This document shows, piece after piece, positions 37,526-49,600 of a stretch of DNA of 64,000 nt. Positions within the stretch are counted from its first letter, which is position 1. The number at the start of each line of letters is the position of its first letter. A model generated the notes under the pieces. The model did no database searches and was not told the DNA's origin. It worked only from the letters and a program-made list of their open reading frames with translations. Location of the stretch: contig JBLDXI010000021.1 in NCBI GenBank assembly GCA_047495785.1, positions 1,488,001 to 1,552,000 of the forward strand, in the 5' to 3' direction. The translations under genes were made by a program, and so were the position numbers. The DNA is from Lepidodermella squamata (taxonomy: Eukaryota; Animalia; Gastrotricha).

Positions 37526-39465
37526 ATGATGATCATAAAGCGTGCATGGCGGGCCGTGTTCGAATACGTTTTATCGGAGTTACTTTACTCGTCCGTACCG
37601 CCGGCTCAACCATCAGTTCACATTTCACCTCCCAGCTTTCTACAGCAGCAACAGCAACAACAACCTCGATCGCCTCCTCCAGCGGGATCGTTCGCGCCGC
37701 CTCCACCTGATCCTCAATTACTGACTCACTTTCAACAGCGAGAAAGGGTCTATGCTTTCATCCAAGTTCCATTGTCCCTGGAAAAATTTATGCTTTTCGC
37801 CTACTGGCTATGTGCTGACACCTTCCTTACCATGTTCACTTTCCTACCGATCAGGCTTATGTTCTGTGCTTTCAACTTCTTATCACGTCCGTTCGGCTAT
37901 TTTTTCAACTGGAAACGGTAGGTAGACATAAATTTGATAAGATTTTGAATAATTTTCCACGATTTTTATTCATAGAAAACTCACTCCAGCTCAGAGGTGC
38001 GATTTTCTCCGTGGTGTCGTTATTTTGTTCTGCTCAGCCATTGTCGGTCAACTCGATGTCAGTGTCTTTTATCATTTGGTTCGAAGTCAATCAATCATCA
38101 AGCTTTACATTTTCTACAATATGCTCGAGATCGCCGAGAAACTGATGGCCTCCGTCGGTCAAGACATTATGGACGCTTTATTCATCACTGCAACTGAACA
38201 AACATTGTAAGTATGAGTGATTTATAGAATTCGATTTACCATTGAAATATTTTTACGTTTATAGCCAAAAATCGCGATCTCGTTATCTGGTACTAGTATT
38301 CCACGTAGTGCTGGCGATTATTTACTCTTGCATCCATACCGTGATTTTTTTGCTCCAAGCCGTCACGCTAAATGTCGCATTCAACTCGCAAAACAAATCA
38401 CTGCTGACCGTTATGATGTCGAACAACTTCATTGAAATCAAGTCGAACGTGTTTCGGAAATATTCGAAAAACAACTTGTACCAAGTCGCGTGTGCCGATG
38501 CTCGCGAGCGGTTCCATCTCGTTGTCATGATGGGCATAGTCGCGGCTCGAAACATGGCCCAGTACCACTGGTCTATCGATCATTTAATGGCTCTCCTGCC
38601 AGACATGGCTATCGTGTTGACAGCCGAAGTGTTTGTCGATTGGATTAAGCACTGCTTCATCAGCAAGTTCAACGAAACGTCGGCCGATGTGTACACCGAC
38701 TTGCGTACAAGCCTCGCGCGTCACGTTCTCACAGCCTCGGTCGCCTCTGGAGGTGCTGATAGACAAGATACAGTCGCGAACCGCACCGGGCTCAGTCTCG
38801 TCCCTCTTACGTGTCTAATTATTGTCGTAGGGAAGCAAGTACTCAAATCTGCTGACTGGAGCGGGCCCGACCCACTCTATCTTGCCCTGTTTATTTTAGG
38901 CGTATTTGTGCTCAAAAGTATACTCGGCTACTTTGTCATTTCATCCGCGCGTTCCATCGTCGTTCAGGCGTCGCAGTTGGCTGTCGTTAATCTTACGCAC
39001 TCGCATGCGACCGGTCGCATGGCCGGCGGGCGGAGTTATTCTGTCGAAGATGTTAAATTCGAAACGTCGAAACCAACTTCGAACGTCAGCACCCCGGGTT
39101 CGTTATCGCCTAAACTCGCGCATGTCAACACTGCGCTGAGGCAGATGGCTAAAGAAAATGAATGGCCTCTACCGGCTAAAACACCCGTCAGCCCGACCGT
39201 CATGGCGGTTAAGCAGTCGTGGGCGCTCGAGTTACGCCGGGCGCGGTCTATTGGTGACCTAACCTCTACGGGGTTATCTACAATTTATGAAACTGCGTCT
39301 ATCGCCGCGAGTGAAGCTGCTAGTAAGAAGGACGAACAACAAAAGCAGCAACAGCATGTGCATCGAAAAGTTACATCTTCATTTACACCTCGCATCCTTG
39401 TAGGTGGTGGCAACAGTAGTAGTGCTGGTGATTATGCCTCGGTGAAGTTCTCTAAATACGAATGA
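37526..39465 (+). CDS. TAPT1: Transmembrane anterior posterior transformation 1 (DUF747); start uncertain
   Basis: RERVY..VPLSLEKF, SIIKLYIFYNMLE, TLNVAFNS, MMSNNFIEIKSNVF, DARERF and DWIKHCFISKFN motifs. Confidence 0.9.
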
Positions 39466-39677
39466 TGATTTACTACCCGGGAAAATTCGGCTTGCTTCAA
39501 CCCTTATCAACAATATCGTATTTTATTACAACATGATTATAAAACAGTGGAACGCTAATCGCTTTTTGGAAATTCGGTTGTTTGAGTGAAATGTTTTTTA
39601 TTTTCGGATTGTTCTCTTGGCTACTAAAGCAATTGTACCTGAACTTTCCGTGTTATATATTTTAGTGGCTTGCTTAA

Positions 39678-41790
39678 ATGTTATCTATTGGCGCGAGGAA
39701 AAACTCAGCCCCGACCACTTCATCGCCGCATAATGACTACGTATTGCGGGCTATTTTATCAGCGTTTGCCCGGTCGAATTTCGATGAATGTGCATCACAT
39801 TTTCGAACAGCCGAGGAGCCACTGCTGAGCTTTGTCCGACTTTTGCCAATCGATGCGATAATCGCGCGATTTCCGGCCTCTCGGCAGTTGCTCGAAGCCG
39901 TATATTTCCGCCTATCTGTTTCGCCATCCGTCGCGGAAGAAGCGGCAAATAATGGTAATAACGGGACAAGTTTATCGAAAGACGACATTCGCCTTCTGCA
40001 CTGCGCCGTTTCAGTGAAAGAAATCGTCAATTACATAGCCGACGCCCAAGAGAGAAATGGTTCGTCTTTTATTTTATTCAACCACGCATTTTTTACATTT
40101 GTTTCAAATCCCAGAGGATGAACGGGCTAAAAGCCACTGTTATGCCATGCTGACGTCAATTGCTCGGCTGGACCCGAGCAGTGTGGCGATGCTTCGGAGA
40201 TACTACTGCCTGCTTGAAAATTCGCTGGCAACCCTCGGTGAAAACGTATTGATTTGCTCACCTAACGATAAGCCAAGCCCGTCTTGGGAAGTGATGGCGT
40301 CGAAGCTCGACGCGCTAAAGAAATCTGCTAAATTTTGCCTTGAAAAGGTGAAGACCGGTAACCACCCGTCAAACTCAACGAATTCAACCTCTGGCTTGCG
40401 ATCAATTAGTTCGGTGCCATCTTTGTTCGCTAATGCGAGAGCCTCCTTAACATCTAGCGGGTCTATCAATTCACCCGGTTCTTTCCTTGTCGGCGATTTG
40501 ACGCTGCGGGATGTTGAAGATCGTTTGATGTTAGCTGCTGCTGCTGTGCCCCATATTGAATATTTAGTGAATACTGAACTGCCAGCGATACGGGCGCTTT
40601 CTTCGCAACTAAAAACGCGTATGGATGGCGATAAGCGATTATTACTGCTGGTTAATGAGCTGAGACCGCGCTCGCGAGCTGCCTGGACAACCGCGCCCGG
40701 TGAGAAAGGCCGGGCGGGCAGTGAGCGTGTGAGAATGGCCGATTTGCTTCACCGATACAAACGCGCGATTGGCCAGGCGTTGGAATGGATCGCGCCCGGC
40801 TCTTTGGAATCTCTCAGCTCATCCCAACTCTCTGAATCACTGCTTTCCCTGAGCATAACTGGTGATGGAAGTGACAGCGAATTCACCTCACCAATCGCAA
40901 CATCGAAATTGAGTGAAAACTCGGAGAAAAGTGCGATTTCTAGCACTGAAAATGAAAATAAGAACGGAAATGTTGATAGCCCGGCCAAAACTACATCGAA
41001 ACACCTTCACCGTTCTGTATCTGAAATGCTTCCGTCAACCTCTGCGAGTTGTAAGGACTTGATTGTTCTGACTGATAGCAATCGTCAGAGTGTATGCACC
41101 GAGTCTGATATGAACAATTCAATTGATACAAGTGTCAAAAGTAGCAATGCTAGTTTGGCGCTCGCTAAATTGAATTTAGTCGAGGATATGTCACTGGGCG
41201 ACGCGAGGCCATCGATTTTGATCGAGCGGTTCACTTCGCTGTATACCGAACAGCGAATGCAGCTTCTCGACGCAATGGATGGGCTACGCGAACTGGATAA
41301 TTTGGAGCCATTGAAGGCACGTATCGTTCTGTCAGTCGTTGTTCTCTCATTTCGTCAGTGTGTAATCAAATTGGCATCGACCCGTGATCAGGCGGTGCTG
41401 CTTGCGGGGTTGAAAGCGGCTGATAGCAAGGAATTTCTGAACGCATTTACGGCAGCTCTACGACGTTCTTGTACCTCATACCCTCTCGACGATCTGAAGA
41501 AGACAGTTATGACATTGGTCCTTGAGGCTATCAGTAATTTCCCACGTTTGGCTGCTCTACCCGTTCTGAGTAATTTTATTAACGATTGTGTTCAAATTGC
41601 GTGGTGCCTATGTGTCCAACAACCGCCTTTCGTAATCGCTCACTCTGCGAACCAATTCGACCCTCGCATTCACGAGCGGTTCTACGCGTCAACGTCTCAA
41701 TCCGACTCAATCAAATCATACATATGGCCTGCTCTATGCCTAGGTTGTGAATCTGGCCCTGTTATTTGCAGGGCTGTGGTTGAAACATGA
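39678..41790 (+). CDS. Mieap (SPATA18-like C-terminal domain) protein; exons 39678-40059, 40115-41790
   Basis: C-terminal CVQIAWCLCVQQPP...HERFY...YIWPAL...RAVVET* resembles the Mieap domain. A 55-bp phase-1 intron joins the two ORFs in frame. Confidence 0.72.
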
Positions 41791-42941
41791 TTTCATGCTG
41801 CTTCTATTGCTCCTCTTCTAGCTGAAAATTTATACGAATTTTTATCATGCAAATAAATAGCCATATCGCGTTCCAGTTGCTTGCTTTAAATGCAGTTTCA
41901 AATCTCGCGTCTCCTAACTCGAATCGATATTTCTCAATCATGTTTCATTGTTGCTTGTTTTTCTGCATTGTTTTACAAAAGAACAGCCGTCTCGTCCCTT
42001 GTCCTTTCTCATATATTTTTGTGGCCTCCTTCCGAGCGCAGCTGCGTATTTTCACGTAATTATTCTCTTTTACTACTCCATGTTTCTCTTATTTGAAAGA
42101 TTCGTAGCGTTTGTGCTTGTACGCATTTAATGAAGCGTGGTAAATCCAATTTTGCGCCCATGCTATTGCGGCTTTTTGCGTTTTTTTGAGGTGGTATTAC
42201 TTATTGTTATTACTTCACAGCGACTAAAAATTGATGCATCTAGTGGCATAGATGCGATAGAAGGCCTAGCTTTTCTACTAATCATTTTACGATAAGAAAA
42301 AATCGTCGAACTTGAGCTTAAAATGTTGTCTTTTTGTCCTTATTTAGGGTTTTAATAATTATGTTTTATATCCTGATGCTCACCTTTCGGCTGAGCGAAG
42401 ATCTATGATCAACTTCCTGATGTGGCGCGCTTTGAGTATCATGCCACTAAAGCTCGTTTTATCGTAGCATGTCACTGTGCCCCGGTTATATTGGGGTGCC
42501 ACCTTAAATTTCAATGCAAAATATTCACTATTTGCCACTATAATGGGGCCCTTCGAAATGGATCAACCACCATGTTTCAATTGATGTCACAAAGCGCGGT
42601 AATACGGTAGAAATATTTTAGATATTCTTTTATGAGAAGGGAGATCTTTTTCGATCTCTGTAATTTGATCAAGTTTAACCTGGATATAACAGCATTGAGA
42701 TGCTTTGTGGTCATGCTGCCACGTTTTTGCTGTCACGAGAATGCGTAACTTGAATCACGTGGACACAACGCGCTACTTTTTATACACCACGTGTAGTAAG
42801 CATGAAATAATTTATAGGAAGGGTCTCCCAGTGCTGCCGTCTTAATCCAGATTCAAATATCTTGTAACTCGTGCTCATTAAAGAAGTTGAAAACTTTCTC
42901 GTTGTAGGGGCATCGTTTTATTTGACAGAAGCTGCAATAGC

Positions 42942-43543
42942 ATGCTAAAGCACCATCATGAACATCACGATGCGCCGATTCCAGGCGGTTCGCCTGACAA
43001 TCATCGCCGCGGTGTGCAGTTCGTAGAGGACCCGAAGCACAGCGACCCTCTTGCGGCTCATGACTCGCATAAAATTCATATTGTACAGCACGGACCGGGC
43101 GAAATTCTCGCAGATCTCGGCTATTTGCAGGAGGGCTGCGAATATTCGGTTGAGCTTGATCTGACCCAGAGCTTGGCCGCGCTCGAACTGGCGCGTGTTT
43201 TCGCTTCTGGTATGCATCAGTCCATTGAAGCTAGTTGCCCCACTGTTCGTCTCATCGCCTTCGACCCCAATTCGTGTGTAATGACGATCCACCTCACTGC
43301 TGACGTTCCGAAAAAATGGACCCGGCGCCTTGTCGTCAAAACTACGGACGAAAGCAGCACATTGGCTTTGAAGCTTATTGCAAATGTTCTACGTAAGATA
43401 CCTTGATAACGTTTTTCGTGGTTGTGAATTTAGTTTTGCGTGTTTTAGCTATCGGCTTTGGCACTCCGCTTTTGCACGACGGTGTTCACGTTCTTGGCCA
43501 TGGCCATTCCTCCCTTGAGGACGATAGCGGGGAAATGCGATAG
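42942..43543 (+). CDS. ADISSP: C20orf27/ADISSP (UPF0687) homolog; exons 42942-43392, 43449-43543
   Basis: VQF...HDS, LGYLQ...Y and the spliced C-terminus ANVL-PIGFGTPLLHDGVHVLG match the family GTP.L.DGV motif. Confidence 0.78.
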
Positions 43544-44283
43544 TCACTACAACTGAGAACTAATCGTCATTCCTATCAACGAGCTTTGCGAGTCGCTGAA
43601 ATTTTCGTAGCAATTGCTTTTGTAGTTTTTGTGATAGGATTTTTGTTCCATAATTCTATGTCAAAAGTGTATTGAACATAATAATCTTATTAACTGCAGA
43701 ACACCTTGTATCGTGGGTTGTATTAACTCCATTCTCTTGTTGTGCGAGGCATGTCGATGCCCGAGACCGGTCTAATACTTCCGATGCGTAAGTATCCAAT
43801 GCCTTTAGAAATTCCGAGCTATATTAATCATCATCGATCTTGCGAGAGTATCAACCGTTATTACTAACTGTGAAAAAAACGATCAACCAATTCGCTTCTC
43901 TTCCGCCAATTTTTACGTTCTGTGGCACTGTGGTAATGCTTTGTGATGTGTGCGATTTGAATTTTTGTAACAAAAATCAATGGAATAATGTACACGATTG
44001 AAAGCACAGACACAACAGTGCAATGCTGATGTCATTTGAATGCACCTTGCGAATGACTTTTTTATTTGCCATTATTTTTAGAGCGTAATTATTACCAATC
44101 AAGGTTAAGATGAGATGTGACAACTTGTAATAAAACTGCGGTTTCGACGCGAGCAATTTTTTGAAAGGACGAAGCTGAAAAAACGTGAGCTAGTGTGCAG
44201 CCCAATCATTTCTCCTGATTAACATAACTGCCTATCCCGCATTGAAATAATCAGATGTCGAATTTTAGGTTTTAGTTTTTCGC

Positions 44284-45162
44284 ATGAATTCCTGTAATGA
44301 CGATTCGCTCGAGATCTTAGAAAGTGTATTGGGCGCGAATGGGAAGTCGAATGCTGTTGTATGCGTTCAGTCCAAGCTTAGAAATGCGAATGCAGCACAC
44401 AAAACTGTAGTATTCTTCCCTGGCGATGCACAAAATTTAGCCGCGGCAATGTCTGCTCACCGCGATAACTGTCGATACATCGCATGGAGCTTCGAAAACG
44501 TCGGTCGGCTCCTGCTTGAGAAATTTCAGAAGAGCGACCCGGCGTCATTTTGGCGAGTGGTTCTCATTCAACCCAAGGAAAGGCGCTTAGGGACCTTCGC
44601 AGTTTATTCGAATTTCCTGGAGTTCGACGCGCAAGACAATCCGAAATTCCCCGAAGAACACCTGGAAGGTCCTGCGGCCTGGAATCACCTAAATGCATTG
44701 CTCAAAAGTCTTGATTCTCATTACAAAATCGACTTACCTGCTGAGGTGATTCTTCTCGGCTTCAGCAAAGGCTGTGTTGTTGTGAATGAGCTGGTCCGCG
44801 AGGCTTCACATTGCGATGATCTCAACTCATTGGATGCTTTCAACAATTTAACTGCTATTTATTGGTTGGATGGTGGACATAATGGCGGCAAAAATACATG
44901 GCTAGCTTCAAGCAACGACGTTTTACCGTTTTTACGAAAATCTCTTGGGCGAGTTCGTTTTCACGTTCACGTTACACCTTATCAAGTTAAAGACCCAAAC
45001 CGGCCTTGGAACGGTAAAGAATGCCGCCGGTTTGTTCAAACTGTCGAGAAGTTTTTGAAGGAAGAAAATCACGTTTCCTATCTTAAATTCAGTACTCATT
45101 TTGTCGAAGAACCTGGTTCGTTGATCAATCATTTTAGAGTGCTAGAAGCTTTTGAGGTTTAG
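44284..45162 (+). CDS. C2orf69: C2orf69 (UPF0565) mitochondrial protein homolog, intronless CDS
   Basis: FFPGDAQN, GFSKGCVVVN, YWLDGGH and HVTPYQV.D..RPW.GKE motifs. Confidence 0.9.
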   Translation: MNSCNDDSLEILESVLGANGKSNAVVCVQSKLRNANAAHKTVVFFPGDAQNLAAAMSAHRDNCRYIAWSFENVGRLLLEKFQKSDPASFWRVVLIQPKERRLGTFAVYSNFLEFDAQDNPKFPEEHLEGPAAWNHLNALLKSLDSHYKIDLPAEVILLGFSKGCVVVNELVREASHCDDLNSLDAFNNLTAIYWLDGGHNGGKNTWLASSNDVLPFLRKSLGRVRFHVHVTPYQVKDPNRPWNGKECRRFVQTVEKFLKEENHVSYLKFSTHFVEEPGSLINHFRVLEAFEV

Positions 45163-46676
45163 TGTTTTATTTGCTGATAAATCGCTGCATTTACTCCTTA
45201 TCTTTCCCGTTTATTTTGCTTTATAGAATTATATATTTTTGTAATATTATATTCCGAAACCGGTCTATTGTTAATTGGAGCTGCGCTATTGCAATACGCA
45301 TGGAATATTAATTGCCACCTCACCTGAAAGGTATGTCATTTTTTCGGTCCTTCCGGCGCGTGTTTTTACTCGTGTACTTTTTACATTCATCATCATCGTC
45401 GTAATGTTATGTTTGTCTTGCGCTGAGAACGTAGGCCAGTATTTTTTCTCTTATCTAGCCCTCGTATGTGAAATATCAAACACTTTACGATCCATTGTTT
45501 CAGTTTTCAGATAACGCGGCGCTGTTTTCATTTCTCAGCAATGCAAATTCGTAGTTGCTAGCTATACACCCGGCAGATGCGTTGTTTAACGCGTTAATTT
45601 TCGATAATTAGTATACCGTTTTCAGGTCATCGGAACCGCGCTGCTAGAGAGTCTCTCGAAGCGTTGTATATGTGTGTATTGCCACGCGACTGGAACTTGT
45701 ACGGTCATGTGGTATAGTAAACATGCATAAATAAAATACCGTGCCTGCTCGACAGCTCTGCCCTCATCGACTGCGATTAGCCGTTTGTTATATCAATGTC
45801 ATCGCGACACTCATGACGTACTCTGGTCCAAAGTAATAAACCATTGCGTACCTGCAGTGACGGTTTTTTTGAAATCTTCGTTTTTTTGCTGAGTGTTGCT
45901 GCTCCCGCGTTTTGTTTACGAGCGCATAGCTTTTACCTGTGGCGCGCGTGCGTGAGTAATAGATTTGGTTGGTGGCAGGTATAAATATAATAATAATACC
46001 AGACCACGTTGTTGTTTGCCTTTGATGAGCGAAGATAGCCGGTAGCCTGTGCAATGTGCATGCATGCATGTGTGTTATTTTTGAGCTCTCCCAAAAGGTG
46101 GGTGAAAAATTTGCATTTCAAATAGTACAAACCTGATATTATACACTTTTATTACAATAGCTGTCTGGCTATTATAATGCCATTAATACCATACGTTTGG
46201 TTTTTTTTCTCTATTGCAACCTACCACCATTCATCATATTTGATTGGCCAGAAAAATATAATTACGAAGTTCGTGATGAGCGGCAGTTTTGCTCTCATAA
46301 TCATCAATTATAATCGCATTATCATCTTACATGCGTGTTTTCCTGTTTGTAAGAAAATGTATTCATACGCATATTGCGTGCTCAGAAGGGTTTTTCTCTA
46401 CTGAATACGGCTTAGTCCGGTTGGCTGGTAGTTTAGGTCAACCGGTTTACCGTGTTGTTTATGATGAGCGAGCGGGCATCTATTTTTGTGACTGTGTGAG
46501 AAAACACGGCCTGAAGCGCATCTCACTAGTGTTTATCATATAACCGAGTGACACTAAGGCTGTTAACGTTGTCAAAATTTGACTTTCAAATTCCACATGT
46601 TTACCTCTCGTATAGACCGGAAGATCGACCGTTTATGCGGTTTTAAACACCACATTTACTTTTATTTTGCTAGATT

Positions 46677-49600
46677 ATGATGGCTTCAAGTTACGGCGAT
46701 CATTTTCAAACCGGCGGGACTTATGGCGTTAATTTTGTGCCACCGAGTGATTTTCGGCCCAAGCAAGTGCCACCGATCGCTAATGCTAACCCATCCCCGC
46801 CTCGTTGGTTAAAGTACCAGGTCTACTCAGACCCCTCCGTTTTCGCAACAATCGACGAGCATGCGGTCAATGTAGCTCGTACAAACTACGACACGTTCAA
46901 CGCGTTCATTTACAATTTGGTTTATTCGAAAAATTTTACACCGCTCGAAAGATTGCGATTGATTTATCGATGGCTTACTGCGAGAAATCTTCAAACCATC
47001 AATTTTAACCAGGCTCAGGCCCTTCAACCCGGCTCGCCTGAAGACGTCGTCGTCGGATTTCGACACCGACGTTCGACTTACAGCAAAATTTTTGAGACAC
47101 TCTGCCTAGCTGCCGGAATTCCGTGTGCGCTGATCACTGGCGTTGCGAAGGGTATTGAATACCGCCCGGGTTTTAAGGTGGCTCAGTACCGAACCGGGGC
47201 GCCTATCGAAAAAGAGCAGCAGTATAACCACTCGTGGAATGCGGTTTACATCGACAATTCTTGGCAGCTGGTCGACGTGCAGTGGGGAACTCGATTTTTG
47301 CAGACTTCGGCCGATGCTCATTCGGCGAGTCGAAGCAGTGATGAAAATTTGATTTACGAATACGACGATTTTTATTTTATGCCCGACCCTAGCCATTTGA
47401 TATATTCACACTACCCAGACGACGACCGGTGGCAACTAATGCCTAATCCCGTCGCTTTTGACGTGTTTCAAAGCCTGCCCTTAGCTAAGAGTCACTTTTT
47501 CCTGGCCGAACTTCAGTTTTGGTCGCATAATACCGGTGTTGTGCAAGCGAGAAATGGCGCTATAAAGCTGAGTATTGGCTATTGGAAACCTGTCGGGTTT
47601 ACCTACAAAATGTGGGACAGCGATACGCTATCTCAAGAAACGCCAAACCGCATACCGCTTCATCGATTCGTTCTGCAAGAAATGGGCGATGGAATCGTTA
47701 ATTACTATATTAAGCTGCCTTATGCCGGGTCGTTCTATTTCAGCATTTTTGTCCAACGTCTCGATGAAATGGAAGTTGGCAAACCGGCTGTTTATAACGC
47801 GGCGTGTGAGTACAAAATTATTGGAGATCGAGCCGCGACTTCAGCCTCGGGAGGTCCCATTGTCCCATATCCGGATGTTGATTCAACCTATGGCTATGGC
47901 TCTTCACTCTATTACTACCAGTATGGCCTGGTACCTTCATTCAAAGCCGGTGTTGTCCAAGCATCGGTGATGACGAATGATTTCGACCTTACGTTTGCGA
48001 AAACGAAACAGCCGCGAATTTATTTCCGACTTCGGCCGATCGAAGACAGTTCGGGTAACGTCGAGCTGCCTATTGACATTCGCGATACAAGCCAACTGGC
48101 GAAAGTTGTCGGCCGGCTGCCGAACCCTGGCGAGTTCGTTCTAGAGGTTTACGCTAACGATCCGGTGACTGACGGCAATCAATACACGCATATCGGCCAG
48201 TATTTGATTGTTGGCGGTGGGGTGGATCTGCCTGAATTCCGCCCTGGTCCGCCTCAATCGTCTCCGGCTGGTTTCGCCCGTTATCCGGATACTTATGAAC
48301 TTCAATCGAACAAGCCGTATTCAAAACTAGTCTACCAACCGTCAGCTGCTGCGAATTCGTTACCGCCGCGGGATAAACCGAAGTCTCAACAGGTAATTCA
48401 ACTCATTTTTTTTACCGGAATTTTGTCGTAAAACTGTGAGTTTGGCGCATATAATTATGTTAAAAGGAGGTTTTTCCGACGAAACAGCGCGAAAATGTTG
48501 CGGTTACGAACCTGCCGTTGATTATACGGGGTACAGCAAGCATATGCATTATAACCGGGCCCAAAGAAGTTTGTTGTCACGTGTAATGTCCCGCGCTCTT
48601 TTTAGCTGTATCATCGCTTTTATACACGTATATTCTCATCATCGTATACCAGTATCGCATTCTTTCGCGCATGACAGACAGAGTTTCTTACGTTTTTTGC
48701 ATGGCTATATTCTTACTACGTGAAAACATGAAAACTAGGAAGTACTTATATGATATGGCTGCGAAAGGTGTTTCTATCATAAATATGTCTCGGGCTCAGC
48801 TGGCTTTCCTCTCATAGATTATTCCAGCAGATGTATATGTTTATTTGCTTTCTCCTCACCTTTGTGGTTCCTAAGATTGAGCTCATCTTTGTTTCTTGTT
48901 TTTATAGAGTGTCGGCCCTGTTGCTTTCTCCGCATCGCCAATGAACACTAGCGGGAATAGATCAACCGTCACTGTCCACGCGACTCCTTTCACTCCGAGT
49001 TCTGCGACTGGAGCGAAACCATCTGCCGATACAGCTAAGCCCCACGGCGATATAATGGTTGAATTACCCGCGCCTCCACCTGATTGGGCTGATGACAGCG
49101 ATCTTGGCCCTGTTGTCGCTAAAGTCGTGTCTTCATCGCCGTTCCGGTCTCAGCCGGGCAATCGACCAGTTACCCAGTCACCACCAACTGCGCCGAAACC
49201 CTTCCGACCAGCACCGGGTAGCGGCCAATCATCGCCGAGCCTTGCTCGAAAACAAGCAACTGAGCCATCTGGGAAAACTCAACAGTTGTTCCCACCGACT
49301 ACTGTTAACATCACGTTCGATGAACCGAAAGCCAGTTCGGTTTCGGCGGGTCAGCAGCAAAGCGCGCCATCTCCGGCTATTAAACACGGCGGCGTCCCAA
49401 TCGGGTCCCCGGCTCCGTTCTACCAGCAGAAGAGGGACCAATCGCCTGTTCCCAAAGACAAGCAACTAGGCGTTACAGTCACGTTTGTCCCGGAAAAGGC
49501 CAAAGACGCGTCCCCGCCTCGTAACGATTCGGCGAAACCGGAACCAGCTGGTAATAACCAACAAGAAAAGCCGTCACCGCCACGTTACGAATCAGATGCA

